A stretch of DNA of 28,130 bases from positions 1-28,130 of the IMG/VR virus record IMGVR_UViG_3300038673_000987. One strand, given 5' to 3'. Made by a program: the position numbers and the translations under genes. This document shows positions 1-8,736 of the stretch, in pieces; position 1 is the stretch's first letter; each line of letters begins with the position of its first letter. The notes beneath the pieces were generated by a model. It was not told where the DNA came from and made no database searches. It saw only the letters and a list, made by a program, of their open reading frames with translations. This stretch comes from a virus. Taxonomy: Duplodnaviria; Caudoviricetes.

Positions 1-480
1 TCATGCGATGATTTCCCCAAGGCGGTAGATGCGCTTCAGAATGCCGTATTCGAAGCGGTAGAGCGGGAAGTAGGTATAGATACCGTCATTTTCAAGCCGT
101 TCAGTCGGGCAGGGGTCCATGTACGTGGCACCGACACCCCTCTCGTAGCGCACGGTCACAAACGAGACAGCCCCCGGGACCGACACCTCCACACCATTCC
201 ATGTGAAAATCTTTCCGTGATCATCGAGAGAGCCCTCGTTTAGGAGGGCAATCCTGTCTCGCACGGAACTTATGCCGCATATAAACCCGCTCCGATTCAT
301 CCCGCCTACGCCGCCGTAACCCGTGATCTCGATGCGGCCTTCCAGCGTTTCAACTTCAACGCTGCCATGGCCGGATATGTTGTTGAGCATTCTCGCGACT
401 TTGTTCATCCAAGGGCAGACGCGTTTCCATGGGCCGCCCTTGCCCTTCCAGTCGTCTTTGAGAATGTTCTGCTTTGCCAT
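1..480 (-). CDS. Hypothetical tail-region protein (159 aa)
   Basis: ORF with GAGGA RBS before the ATG; co-oriented with and downstream of the tape measure gene. Confidence 0.6.
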   Translation of the reverse strand: MAKQNILKDDWKGKGGPWKRVCPWMNKVARMLNNISGHGSVEVETLEGRIEITGYGGVGGMNRSGFICGISSVRDRIALLNEGSLDDHGKIFTWNGVEVSVPGAVSFVTVRYERGVGATYMDPCPTERLENDGIYTYFPLYRFEYGILKRIYRLGEIIA

Positions 481-520
481 ATCCTCAACCCGCCTGCAGG
501 TGTACGATGATTACCAGGAC

Positions 521-910
521 ATGAAAACAAGCGCCGTCATCCTGGCATTGCTGCTTCCGGCCATGGCGTGGGCCGCCGAAGACGCAATGACCGTACGCCT
601 TTTGACCTATATCGCAGGCGGCGAACGTGCGGCGGAAACGGCGACGGGGTATAGGATCGTCGCGCCGAGCGGGACGGTCATGGCGCGAAAGACGGGCTAT
701 GGCTGGAGGCTTGAACCGACGACAGGCTTCTCCGGGGCTGAAATCCGCGCGCACGGGACCGGCTGGATCGTTTCTTCCGGAGGGGAAAGAATAATCTACC
801 GGCGGACAACAGGCGGCTTCTCCGCAGAGCCAGGGCAGAGCCTCCGCGTGGGGCGGCTTGGCCGCACACTCGAACCCTCCGGAGTTGAAGCGCTGTTCTG
901 GCGGCGCTGA
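521..910 (+). CDS. Secreted hypothetical protein (129 aa), moron-like, antisense to the tail operon
   Basis: ATG at 521 with AGGA upstream; signal peptide MKTSAVILALLLPAMAWA; repeated short motifs (TATGY, TGYGW, GTGW, TTGGF); fills the gap between two minus-strand genes. Confidence 0.7.
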   Translation: MKTSAVILALLLPAMAWAAEDAMTVRLLTYIAGGERAAETATGYRIVAPSGTVMARKTGYGWRLEPTTGFSGAEIRAHGTGWIVSSGGERIIYRRTTGGFSAEPGQSLRVGRLGRTLEPSGVEALFWRR

Positions 911-912
911 GA

Positions 913-1278
913 TCATGGCGTGTATTCCTCTGGCGGGGACACATGCTCCCAAGTCTGCTCCTGCTCACACTCCCCGGTAACCAGGTTGACCGGCGCAAGT
1001 TTATCGCTCGTGCAGATATACTTTTTGCCAGGAGAACCGACTGACGCAAAACCGATCGTGCTGCCGCCGCCGACATAGAAACTGAAGCTGAAACGCTCGC
1101 CGCCTGTCGCCTCGGAGTATTGAGAGACGCGTATCGCGGTCCGCTTCATGTTGATGACGTAGTGACTGGACTTATAGACCTTGCCGTTCTCTCGATCGGT
1201 GGATATCTTCAGCGTGGATTCGTTCGACAGGAGAACCCACGCATCCACGCTTGCGGCTACCAATTGACCGGCCATCAC
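913..1278 (-). CDS. Putative distal tail protein (121 aa)
   Basis: Start overlaps the tape measure stop; position and size fit a Dit-like protein; function inferred from synteny only. Confidence 0.55.
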   Translation of the reverse strand: MMAGQLVAASVDAWVLLSNESTLKISTDRENGKVYKSSHYVINMKRTAIRVSQYSEATGGERFSFSFYVGGGSTIGFASVGSPGKKYICTSDKLAPVNLVTGECEQEQTWEHVSPPEEYTP

Positions 1279-3281
1279 TCGACCCCTTTAACGTTGTCGC
1301 GGATTTCCTGCAGCAGCTTCAGCATGTCATAGGTGTTATCCGCGGTTTCCTGCTCCGGGTTGTCGCCGGAGAACCGCGCGCCAAGCGCCGCCATTTCGCC
1401 CTCCGCGGCACGGTGCTTGTCGAGGATGTCCGCCTTGCTGCGCGCGAAAGCGCTCGCCATGGATCCGCGCATCCGTTTCACGCCGTCCGGCCCGGTCTCA
1501 ATGCCGCGCCCGAATGCGCTGGCGAGACTGCCGCGCATGCGTATGACATCGCGCGATCCGCCCGCGCGCTGCGCCGCAAACAGATCCTCCAGCGAGCCGC
1601 TTGAAAGCCCTCCGGCTTTCTTCGGTTTTTCCATCTGGCTCTTCAGGGCGGCGCGCTTCGAAAGATTCTCCAACAATTCAGCCACCGACTCCTCAGTCGG
1701 TTCGTTGAAACGGAACGCCTCAATCCTCTGGTTCAGTTCGTCCATCTGCTGCTCAGGGCTCATCTTTGAGAAGAAGTAATCGTCAATCCGCTTCTGGAGC
1801 GCGCCAGAGGCATTAAACCCGCCTGCATGATGCCCCGGCCCAGTGGGCACATCCGGCGGCGGCGTATCCGGCACGTCCGGCGCGCGGAGGTCCGGGCGAT
1901 AGGCGCTCACTCTTTCGCTAAGCGCCTCCAGAGAGGCTTCGAGCGCCGCCTCTGCACGGTCAAGCACACCTGCAAGTTTCTTTCCTTCTGGGTTTATGCG
2001 CGTATATATTTCCTGCACGCTCTGTGTCTTGACGCGCGGGTCGTGGCCGATATATCCGCGCACCTCCGCTTCGGTTGGCTCTGGAAGTAAATCTCCGGTG
2101 CTGTCGTTGTATCTATAACGCGAAAGCGCCTCTTTCCCAGTGAACTCATCATAAAGAACTTCGCCTCGCATGAAACGATCCGCGAGTTCCTTTTCGCGTT
2201 TTGCGGCAACCATATGCGGATCTTCTCTTTGTATGCCGAGGTGTAGCGCAAGCCGCGGCGCTTGTGCCCTCAGAAGCCCGCTGAAGCCGTGCCATATTGC
2301 CCACCCAATGGCAGGCCCGGCCTCCATAAGAATTTTGACCGCGCCCACGGCGGCGACGGCGAACATGTTTCCCAGCACGGCGCCGAGGCTCTGAAATACC
2401 GTGTTTCGTTCCTCGGGCTTCCCGGAGAAGATCACGCGAAAGAGCGCAATCACATCCTCAAGGGCGCTCTTCACGCGAGACACCCACTTCTCGATCGCAT
2501 CATTTCCGGCCACGGAATTGATGAAGTCGCTAACCCGGTCGCGCAGGGCCGCAAACCCGCCGCGCAGGTTGAACACTTTGTCTATGGCCTCTCCCACCTT
2601 TTCCAGGAAATCGCCCAGGACATTCTTTAGCTGCTCCCACCGCCCGCGCAGCGTTCCGCTTTCCGCGGCGGCAAGGCCGAAATACTTGATGCCTTCGCGG
2701 GTCAATTGGTTCAAGCGCTCCTGTGGACTCGCCGTCTCATCTATCTTGATGCCGTACCGGCTGAGCATGGCCGATACGCCGGACGCCGTGCGCCCGAACA
2801 GGCCCATGGCCGTGTTGAGGTCCATTCCGGTGCGCTTGGCGAGGCCCATCGCGGCTTTGGTCACATCCCCGATCCGGTCGGCTGGCACGCCCATGTTGAT
2901 GCCGAATGCCATGGCGGCTTGAGTCGCCTCGTCACCGTAGGTCGTGAACTTCTGTAGCGCGCCGGAAAGTTTCACGAGGCGCGACAGGGTGTCGTCGGAT
3001 GCATCGCCTGCCAGGCGCAACGCCATGGCGAGGTCGTGCGTCGCCTTTTCCTGCGTCATAAACGCCGATACGGCCTTGGTGATGAATCCGCCAACGGCGC
3101 TGCCGGCAAGGAGCGAGGGAATGCTCAGGAGCGAGCGGGTGAACCCGCCGACCACGCTGACCAGGCCGCCGAAGATGCCGCGCACGCCATGGGCAAAAGC
3201 GCGCACGCCGGCTAATGTGCCGCGCAAGACGGCTGTTGCGCCGTCTTTGAGCATGATTTTGTACTCAAGAGGCTTGCTCAT
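1275..3281 (-). CDS. Tail tape measure protein (668 aa)
   Basis: Ala/Gly-rich helical N-half with TMP motifs (LQKFTTYGDE, AAMGLA, LSRYGI, GTLRGRWEQLKNVLGDFLEKVG); follows chaperone and tube genes. Confidence 0.9.
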   Translation of the reverse strand: MSKPLEYKIMLKDGATAVLRGTLAGVRAFAHGVRGIFGGLVSVVGGFTRSLLSIPSLLAGSAVGGFITKAVSAFMTQEKATHDLAMALRLAGDASDDTLSRLVKLSGALQKFTTYGDEATQAAMAFGINMGVPADRIGDVTKAAMGLAKRTGMDLNTAMGLFGRTASGVSAMLSRYGIKIDETASPQERLNQLTREGIKYFGLAAAESGTLRGRWEQLKNVLGDFLEKVGEAIDKVFNLRGGFAALRDRVSDFINSVAGNDAIEKWVSRVKSALEDVIALFRVIFSGKPEERNTVFQSLGAVLGNMFAVAAVGAVKILMEAGPAIGWAIWHGFSGLLRAQAPRLALHLGIQREDPHMVAAKREKELADRFMRGEVLYDEFTGKEALSRYRYNDSTGDLLPEPTEAEVRGYIGHDPRVKTQSVQEIYTRINPEGKKLAGVLDRAEAALEASLEALSERVSAYRPDLRAPDVPDTPPPDVPTGPGHHAGGFNASGALQKRIDDYFFSKMSPEQQMDELNQRIEAFRFNEPTEESVAELLENLSKRAALKSQMEKPKKAGGLSSGSLEDLFAAQRAGGSRDVIRMRGSLASAFGRGIETGPDGVKRMRGSMASAFARSKADILDKHRAAEGEMAALGARFSGDNPEQETADNTYDMLKLLQEIRDNVKGVE

Positions 3282-3991
3282 CCGCCGGTCACCTTTTCGG
3301 AAAACGCCTTGCTGAAAACCCGGAACGCGTTGAAGTTTCTGCTCTGCCAGGAGCGTGGATCGGCGGGGCCGGGCTTCTTCGCCGCGCGGCGCGCGGCGTT
3401 GTCCTGGGCGGACAGCGAATTAACGACGGCGTTTACCGTTTCGAATGAAACCTCGAACATCCAGTATTCGAAGGTTTGCCCACACTCTTGAACAAGGCGG
3501 GTAAGCAAGGGGCCGTAGCCTGTTCCTTCGTTCTGGTCTTTCTTTTTTGACGTTTTCCCGGGCTCCGATGCCGCTTTCGGCAGAAGCTCTTTGCAGGCGG
3601 TAATAAGCGCCTCAAGCGAACAGTCCAGTGTGCGGGCCCAGCCTTGGATTGCGCGGCGCGCGGCGCGTTCGTCAGCCACCGCCGCCAAGGCAGCCTTCGA
3701 ACGCGCCTGCGCCATCGCAAAAGGAACCACCAGCTCTGCCACCGGTTCATCGCCGAACCAGCCCCACGCCTGCTCAACCCACTCCCAAGCCGCCCAGGAT
3801 AGGCGGTAGAGCGGCATTTCTCCCACATAGACGGGTTGATCAAGGAGGTGCAGGCGTTCGGCCAGGGAAGGGCATTCTTGTTCGCGCGCGAGCCGATCCA
3901 GTTTCACCAGGTCATCGAAGTGTTCGACCGGGTCAATCTTTCCGCCGGCGGCCAGCGCCTGCCGGACGACTCTGGCGGCCGCCGGATGCAT
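3278..3991 (-). CDS. Putative tail assembly chaperone, G+T-like in one ORF (237 aa)
   Basis: Between tube and TMP genes; ATGA overlap with TMP; Lys-rich linker followed by a T-like segment (GQTFEYWMFEVS). Confidence 0.6.
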   Translation of the reverse strand: MHPAAARVVRQALAAGGKIDPVEHFDDLVKLDRLAREQECPSLAERLHLLDQPVYVGEMPLYRLSWAAWEWVEQAWGWFGDEPVAELVVPFAMAQARSKAALAAVADERAARRAIQGWARTLDCSLEALITACKELLPKAASEPGKTSKKKDQNEGTGYGPLLTRLVQECGQTFEYWMFEVSFETVNAVVNSLSAQDNAARRAAKKPGPADPRSWQSRNFNAFRVFSKAFSEKVTGG

Positions 3992-4000
3992 TCAATCACC

Positions 4001-4663
4001 TCACGATAAGCTGTATGCGTGTGCCTTCACGGTGCGGGTGTAGAAATCGCCGTTGTCTGTGGCTTTTGCCTGGCTGTCCTGCTTCCAGGGATCCGGCACC
4101 GTAATGTCGGCGCCATCGTCCACATATTCTTCCGTGCACTCAAAGCGCAATCCGGTGGACGCACCAACCAGAAAAACGCCTTGGTTGTTCAGCTTGTCCA
4201 CATGCTCGACAGCGCCGGAGAGGTCTGAACTCTGGCAATCTGCAAGCGTTCCGCCAAGGAAACGCGCAAGCACACCGAAGCCGAGCGTCACGCTCACGGC
4301 CTGCGCCACCGGCGTTGCCTGGTGCGCGCCTGCGCCGTCATGCTTATGCGCGGTGACCTGCAGCGTTCCGTAGTCGTTATTGACCGCTCGGGCATTGAAC
4401 TGGGTGATGACCACGCCCCCTGTTCCGGCGCCGCCAAGCGTAAAAGACGCCGCCACGCCGGTATCGGTCTTCGGCTGGAGGGTGATCGTCTTTTCCTCGC
4501 GCAGGTTGAAGGCTTTGTCGGAGGCCGCGACGATCTTGCCGTCTTTATCCTTCACGACCGCCGTATCGTTCACGTCGTCGTTGCCGCTCTCCTGGACTTC
4601 CCAGTCCGCGGCTGTAACGCCCATCGCCGACAAAATGTCTTCCGCTCCGAAGGTTCTTGCCAT
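4001..4663 (-). CDS. Major tail tube protein (220 aa)
   Basis: AAGGAG RBS; acidic and beta-rich; two internally similar halves; between terminator and chaperone; no sheath gene seen. Confidence 0.7.
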   Translation of the reverse strand: MARTFGAEDILSAMGVTAADWEVQESGNDDVNDTAVVKDKDGKIVAASDKAFNLREEKTITLQPKTDTGVAASFTLGGAGTGGVVITQFNARAVNNDYGTLQVTAHKHDGAGAHQATPVAQAVSVTLGFGVLARFLGGTLADCQSSDLSGAVEHVDKLNNQGVFLVGASTGLRFECTEEYVDDGADITVPDPWKQDSQAKATDNGDFYTRTVKAHAYSLS

Positions 4664-4667
4664 GATC

Positions 4668-4862
4668 TCACTCCTTATCGCTTACAGCCGGATCCGTCTC
4701 CGGCACAGGCGTTGATTTACGCGGCGGCGTTGCGAGGCCTGTTCCGCCACAAGCCGTGCAGCGCATGAAATTGCCCGTGTTTTGCGGGTCCTGAACAGAT
4801 CCAATCCCCTTGCATTCAGCACACAACTGCGAGGTCGCGCCGCTCTTCACATTCTTCTTCAT
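4668..4862 (-). CDS. Small zinc-finger protein (64 aa)
   Basis: Two CxxCxGxG motifs (CAECKGIG, CTACGGTG); start overlaps the upstream stop. Confidence 0.7.
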   Translation of the reverse strand: MKKNVKSGATSQLCAECKGIGSVQDPQNTGNFMRCTACGGTGLATPPRKSTPVPETDPAVSDKE

Positions 4863-5380
4863 CAGATGCCCTCCGGAATGGTAAGCTCGATTTCCTCGCC
4901 AGGCAGAACGATCGTCGAGTTCAGATCGAAAGAAAGGTTGTAGGCCGCAAGGAACAGCCCATCCGGAAGTGGCACTTTGTCGTCGCTGCCCTTGTAGATG
5001 AACCTATTGTTCTGAGCGTCTAGCCACGCAAACCGATAGGCAAGAACCCGCGCCCTCACGCTGCTCAGGATATCAAGCAGTGGCGTGCGCGAGGCCGTCC
5101 ATCGCACCAGCGCGATGTTTGGGATCGCCGTAGGGCCAAGGTTGCCGTCCAGGATGAAGCGGTAGCGGTTTGTTACGACGTTACCGCCGCGAACGCGCTC
5201 GTTGGGGTTCTCGTCGCCTTCCCAATGCAAAATCAGGCGCCAGCCGGTCGGAGGATCCTGCAGGAGCTTAAAGAGGTGATCAGGACCCGCTGAGATCGCG
5301 CACTGCCCACGGTTGCTTTTCGTCCACTCGTTAAGGTCGGCGAACAACGCGCCAAGGATGTCCGCTGGAGTGGTGATCAT
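4862..5380 (-). CDS. Putative tail terminator / Mu gp37-like protein (172 aa)
   Basis: Directly after the gp36-like gene with ATGA overlap; C-terminal AAYNLSF strand typical of terminator folds. Confidence 0.6.
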   Translation of the reverse strand: MITTPADILGALFADLNEWTKSNRGQCAISAGPDHLFKLLQDPPTGWRLILHWEGDENPNERVRGGNVVTNRYRFILDGNLGPTAIPNIALVRWTASRTPLLDILSSVRARVLAYRFAWLDAQNNRFIYKGSDDKVPLPDGLFLAAYNLSFDLNSTIVLPGEEIELTIPEGI

Positions 5381-5799
5381 ATCATCAGCCCCCCGGAAGA
5401 GTTGGTTGTCTTGGCGGCTTCTACGATGGCGCCCGCGGGTGTATCATCTACATCGGGCGGCACCAGCGTTTCTTCTCCGCGCGCAATGCGCTCAAGCCAC
5501 ACCATGGCGGGCTTGATCCACTGGTCATAGACGGACTTGGCGCGTTCGATTCCGCCGCGTCGAGTCCAAAGCGAATACTCCGCATACTTCACCGCGGAGT
5601 GCTTAAGGCGAGCGGGGATCGAGACGGGCAGCTCGATCCCCGCTTGCTGGAGGTATCCATTGATCCAGTTCAGCGCATCGTCGTGCACGGAGGCAAGGAG
5701 ACCGGAGTCCTCCGCCCCATCGCTGTCATCGTCAAGATGCAAGAGGAGGGATGCATCCTGTATTCCAGCGATGAGGTCGTTGCGGCTGAACAGTTCCAT
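5377..5799 (-). CDS. Mu gp36-like head-tail adaptor (DUF1320-like, 140 aa)
   Basis: Motifs WINGYL, LPVSIPARL, AMVWLERIARGE. Confidence 0.85.
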   Translation of the reverse strand: MELFSRNDLIAGIQDASLLLHLDDDSDGAEDSGLLASVHDDALNWINGYLQQAGIELPVSIPARLKHSAVKYAEYSLWTRRGGIERAKSVYDQWIKPAMVWLERIARGEETLVPPDVDDTPAGAIVEAAKTTNSSGGLMI

Positions 5800-5820
5800 G
5801 GCATTACCGGGGCCGGACGG

Positions 5821-6207
5821 TTAATCGAACACTTCGCCCTGCACGATCGCCACAATGGCATTCGTGCTGGTCAACTCGTCGCTGGTGATCTTGAAGTAGT
5901 CGCCGAAGAACATCTTCGGCACATGCGCCAACGAAACCTTCGCGGAGGCCACCACCACGCCGGATGAGACGGCGCCGGTGTAGCCTGCTGTCACATATTG
6001 GACGGTGGCTGTAACGCCAGCCGGGCCGGTCAGAAACATCACCTCCGGCGTGAACCTTCCGGTATCGCCGATCGGCGGTGTCGCGTTCGGCGCGTTGGTT
6101 GTAACACTCGTGGTGCTGCGCTGCGTGCCGAGATCGGCCGCCTGGGCGAAGATCGCAAACAACACGCACAGAACAACGAGTACCGCGACTGAAAACAGCT
6201 TCTTCAT
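5821..6207 (-). CDS. Signal-peptide-bearing protein in the head operon (128 aa), possible capsid decoration protein
   Basis: AAGGAG RBS; MKK + hydrophobic core + AQA cleavage motif; beta-rich mature part; directly after the capsid gene. Confidence 0.7.
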   Translation of the reverse strand: MKKLFSVAVLVVLCVLFAIFAQAADLGTQRSTTSVTTNAPNATPPIGDTGRFTPEVMFLTGPAGVTATVQYVTAGYTGAVSSGVVVASAKVSLAHVPKMFFGDYFKITSDELTSTNAIVAIVQGEVFD

Positions 6208-6284
6208 ATCTGCTCCTTATGCTTGATCCCTGTCTACATTCACACCGCTACACAATTCCGGAACACCTCCGGATCGCGCGCCGA

Positions 6285-7190
6285 TTACTTCGAGACGATG
6301 CGCTCCAGGCAGGCCACCTGCCCTTTAGCCACGCCGTACATCAGCGTGTAGGTGCGCCGGAACTGAGCGAGGTCCGGGTTGTACCACTCGCGAACCTGCA
6401 CGGAGAGACCGCTCTGCGGCTCTGTAACCACAGAGATCCGGCAGTTCGATTGTCCTTGCCCCGGATCATCCGGGATGCGGGTTGCGATCGCCAGCGCGGT
6501 ACGCGTTGCGCCGAAGCCCACCAGGTCTTCGCCGTTGGCCGGCATGTCCACGAACTCGGAGACATTGAAGCCGTGCACGTTCGGCAAGTTTCCGCTCATC
6601 ACCGATTGCGCGCCCGCCTGCAACAGCATGGTCAACATCGTGTTGTCCATGCAAAGCGAGGCATAATAATCGGGATTCAGCACCATGAACCGACCCATGG
6701 GGGCTGCTTTGCGCGTCGAGAGCGCGTTGCCGACCTTAATGACGCCCTTGCGGCTGAAGCCGTCGCCGCCGGCGCCGAGCGAGATCGTGGTCTTATTGGC
6801 AAACGCAGCCGCCTTGACCAGCTCGAACAGATCGGTGATCAGCGCCGCGCCGATCGAATAGGCGGCTGTCTGCGCAAAACGCTGGATCAGATCCACGCGC
6901 GAGCTGGAGGCTTCCTGCACGCCCACGGAATAGGTGTGGTGCTTGTGCTTGTTCAGCGTCACAGGGATGTCCACCTGGACGCGGTTGCTGGGCTCATACC
7001 CGTCATCCGGGTCGAACTCAATCGCCGCGGCGGCGGAGACTTCGTGGACGATCACGCGTTCACCAAAGCGCGCGTTCTCGTTGGAAAAGTCAGAAGCGAC
7101 ATTCCGGACAACAGGCAACTGCGCCACCAGCGTCTTCATCGCCTCCTGGGCGATCACATCGGCATTCGTTGTTCCAAGCGTATTTCCCAT
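6285..7190 (-). CDS. Major capsid protein (HK97 fold, P22-coat-like; 301 aa)
   Basis: Follows the protease; motifs FGERVIVH, VTLNKHKH, GRFMVLNPDYYASL, VHGFNVSE, TLMYGV. Confidence 0.88.
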   Translation of the reverse strand: MGNTLGTTNADVIAQEAMKTLVAQLPVVRNVASDFSNENARFGERVIVHEVSAAAAIEFDPDDGYEPSNRVQVDIPVTLNKHKHHTYSVGVQEASSSRVDLIQRFAQTAAYSIGAALITDLFELVKAAAFANKTTISLGAGGDGFSRKGVIKVGNALSTRKAAPMGRFMVLNPDYYASLCMDNTMLTMLLQAGAQSVMSGNLPNVHGFNVSEFVDMPANGEDLVGFGATRTALAIATRIPDDPGQGQSNCRISVVTEPQSGLSVQVREWYNPDLAQFRRTYTLMYGVAKGQVACLERIVSK

Positions 7191-7236
7191 GGCTGCTTAT
7201 CCTTCCTTCACCTCGTGTGGAGGCTCCGTTGTTCGA

Positions 7237-7704
7237 TCAGTTTTTCCCAAACATCTTTTCGCGGTTTTTGTCCCAGAACTCCGCCCGCTTCTCCGGCTCC
7301 TGGATAGCGTTGTATTCCGCCATCAGCGCCACAACATCCTTGTTCTCCCGAATCGCCTTCGGCGTCCGCGCCGAGAGCGGAACGGTCGGGACAAGCTTCT
7401 CAACGTGCGCGCGCAGATCCTCGATCGAGAGCTTCGCGACCGCTTCCGCGGATAGGGCCACCGCCTTGCCCTCGCGTGCAGCCGCATCGAGCACCAACTG
7501 CTTGTCGCGCTTGAGCACATCCGCCTGCAGCGCCGTTACGTCAGCGGAAAGGGTCTTGATGGTTTCCGCCTGCGTCGCAACGGCGGAAGAAAGCGTCTCG
7601 ATCTTTCCGATCTCCACTTTCTGCTGTTCGACCGTGGCCGAAAGGGTTTTGATGGTTTCCGCCTGCGTCGTCACCGTCGCCGAAAGAGTCTTGAGTTCGT
7701 CCAT
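7237..7704 (-). CDS. Nested in-frame scaffold protein (Mu gpZ-like, 155 aa)
   Basis: Internal AAAGGAG followed by an in-frame ATG (MDELKTLSA) at the protease/coiled-coil boundary. Confidence 0.6.
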   Translation of the reverse strand: MDELKTLSATVTTQAETIKTLSATVEQQKVEIGKIETLSSAVATQAETIKTLSADVTALQADVLKRDKQLVLDAAAREGKAVALSAEAVAKLSIEDLRAHVEKLVPTVPLSARTPKAIRENKDVVALMAEYNAIQEPEKRAEFWDKNREKMFGKN

Positions 7705-8223
7705 TTCCTGTATCTCCTTTTCGATGGGGTCGTTTTCCGGTTTGCTGGACAAAAAGGTCAGATTGTGCACCGCGCCGTTTGGGCATAGCGCCAGGGATTT
7801 CACGAACGTCAACTGATTCTTCGCGCTCAACTTCACGGTGGGCGAAAGGTCGGCATAGTCGCGCGCGAACTGCTTCCCGGCGTCCGTCCACCGGATGTTC
7901 TTCAGGAACACGCCGGAAGAAAGCGGGACCAGGTCGCCATAACCGGCGTGCCTGCGTGGCGGAGGAACGTACTTCTCCGTGCCGGGCTCCGAGTTGTGCT
8001 CGAAATCAATCAGCACTTGCGCAAACGACTTGCCGGCCACCTGCCGCTCAAGCGCCGCCAGAGAAACTTCGTCCACCAGGATGTCGCCCACGTCGGAGGG
8101 ATTCACGCCTGGATTAAACAGCTTCAGTTCTGTCGGAAGCGTCTCTGCCGTCGCAAGGCTTTGCGCCGCGCCGGACAATCGAACCATCTTCGTCTGGTCG
8201 GATGTGTTGCTCACGCGCGGCAT
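7237..8223 (-). CDS. Mu gpI-like prohead protease/scaffold (328 aa)
   Basis: IDFEH, WTDAG, YADLSP, SLALCPNGA motifs of the Mu I protease; coiled-coil C-terminal half. Confidence 0.9.
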   Translation of the reverse strand: MPRVSNTSDQTKMVRLSGAAQSLATAETLPTELKLFNPGVNPSDVGDILVDEVSLAALERQVAGKSFAQVLIDFEHNSEPGTEKYVPPPRRHAGYGDLVPLSSGVFLKNIRWTDAGKQFARDYADLSPTVKLSAKNQLTFVKSLALCPNGAVHNLTFLSSKPENDPIEKEIQEMDELKTLSATVTTQAETIKTLSATVEQQKVEIGKIETLSSAVATQAETIKTLSADVTALQADVLKRDKQLVLDAAAREGKAVALSAEAVAKLSIEDLRAHVEKLVPTVPLSARTPKAIRENKDVVALMAEYNAIQEPEKRAEFWDKNREKMFGKN

Positions 8224-8260
8224 CTTGCCGGGTGATGGCGCTGGGGTCTAAAAACCGTGG

Positions 8261-8278
8261 GCTTTCTGCGCAGAAAGC
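8261..8278. repeat. Perfect 18-bp palindrome GCTTTCTGCGCAGAAAGC between gpG and gpI
   Basis: Read directly; immediately after the gpG stop. Confidence 0.7.
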
Positions 8279-8734
8279 TTATTCCAGCAGGCGGTCCGCC
8301 GTGCGCGCCGCCGCGTTCAACATGTCCCGTTCCGCCTTCGGGGTCAGCACGGCGCGATCGGGCATGCCGGAAAGAGGGAAGTATGGACGCGCCGGGATCC
8401 CGCTGCCGCGCCCCTTGGATTTCTTCGAACCGAACTGATGCACCGCCGCATACGGACGATCGGTTCCGACCTTCGCATAGCGACTTGTTACCTCAATGAC
8501 ACGCGGCGACCGTTTCAAGAGCCCGGACTTTACCAGGATGGGCTTCGCCGATGGAGTCTTGCGCGCCACCCATGGACTCGGGCGCAACGACGGATCGCCA
8601 AACGCGCGGCGCGCAATGTACACCACCGCCTGTCCCATTGCCCGCAACACCGGCTCCAGCCGCCGCACGCGGACCAATTTCATTCGCAGGTCCGGTGTGA
8701 TCTTGTCCGCGCGGAGTTGGATCGTGATTTGCAT
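8279..8734 (-). CDS. Mu gpG-like virion morphogenesis protein (151 aa)
   Basis: LVKSGLLKRS, VGTDRPYAAVHQFG, IPARPYFP motifs. Confidence 0.92.
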   Translation of the reverse strand: MQITIQLRADKITPDLRMKLVRVRRLEPVLRAMGQAVVYIARRAFGDPSLRPSPWVARKTPSAKPILVKSGLLKRSPRVIEVTSRYAKVGTDRPYAAVHQFGSKKSKGRGSGIPARPYFPLSGMPDRAVLTPKAERDMLNAAARTADRLLE

Positions 8735-8736
8735 GG

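Noticed and set aside
323-520. N-terminal extension of the + strand ORF
   Set aside because: Overlaps the 1-480 gene; signal peptide and RBS place the start at 521
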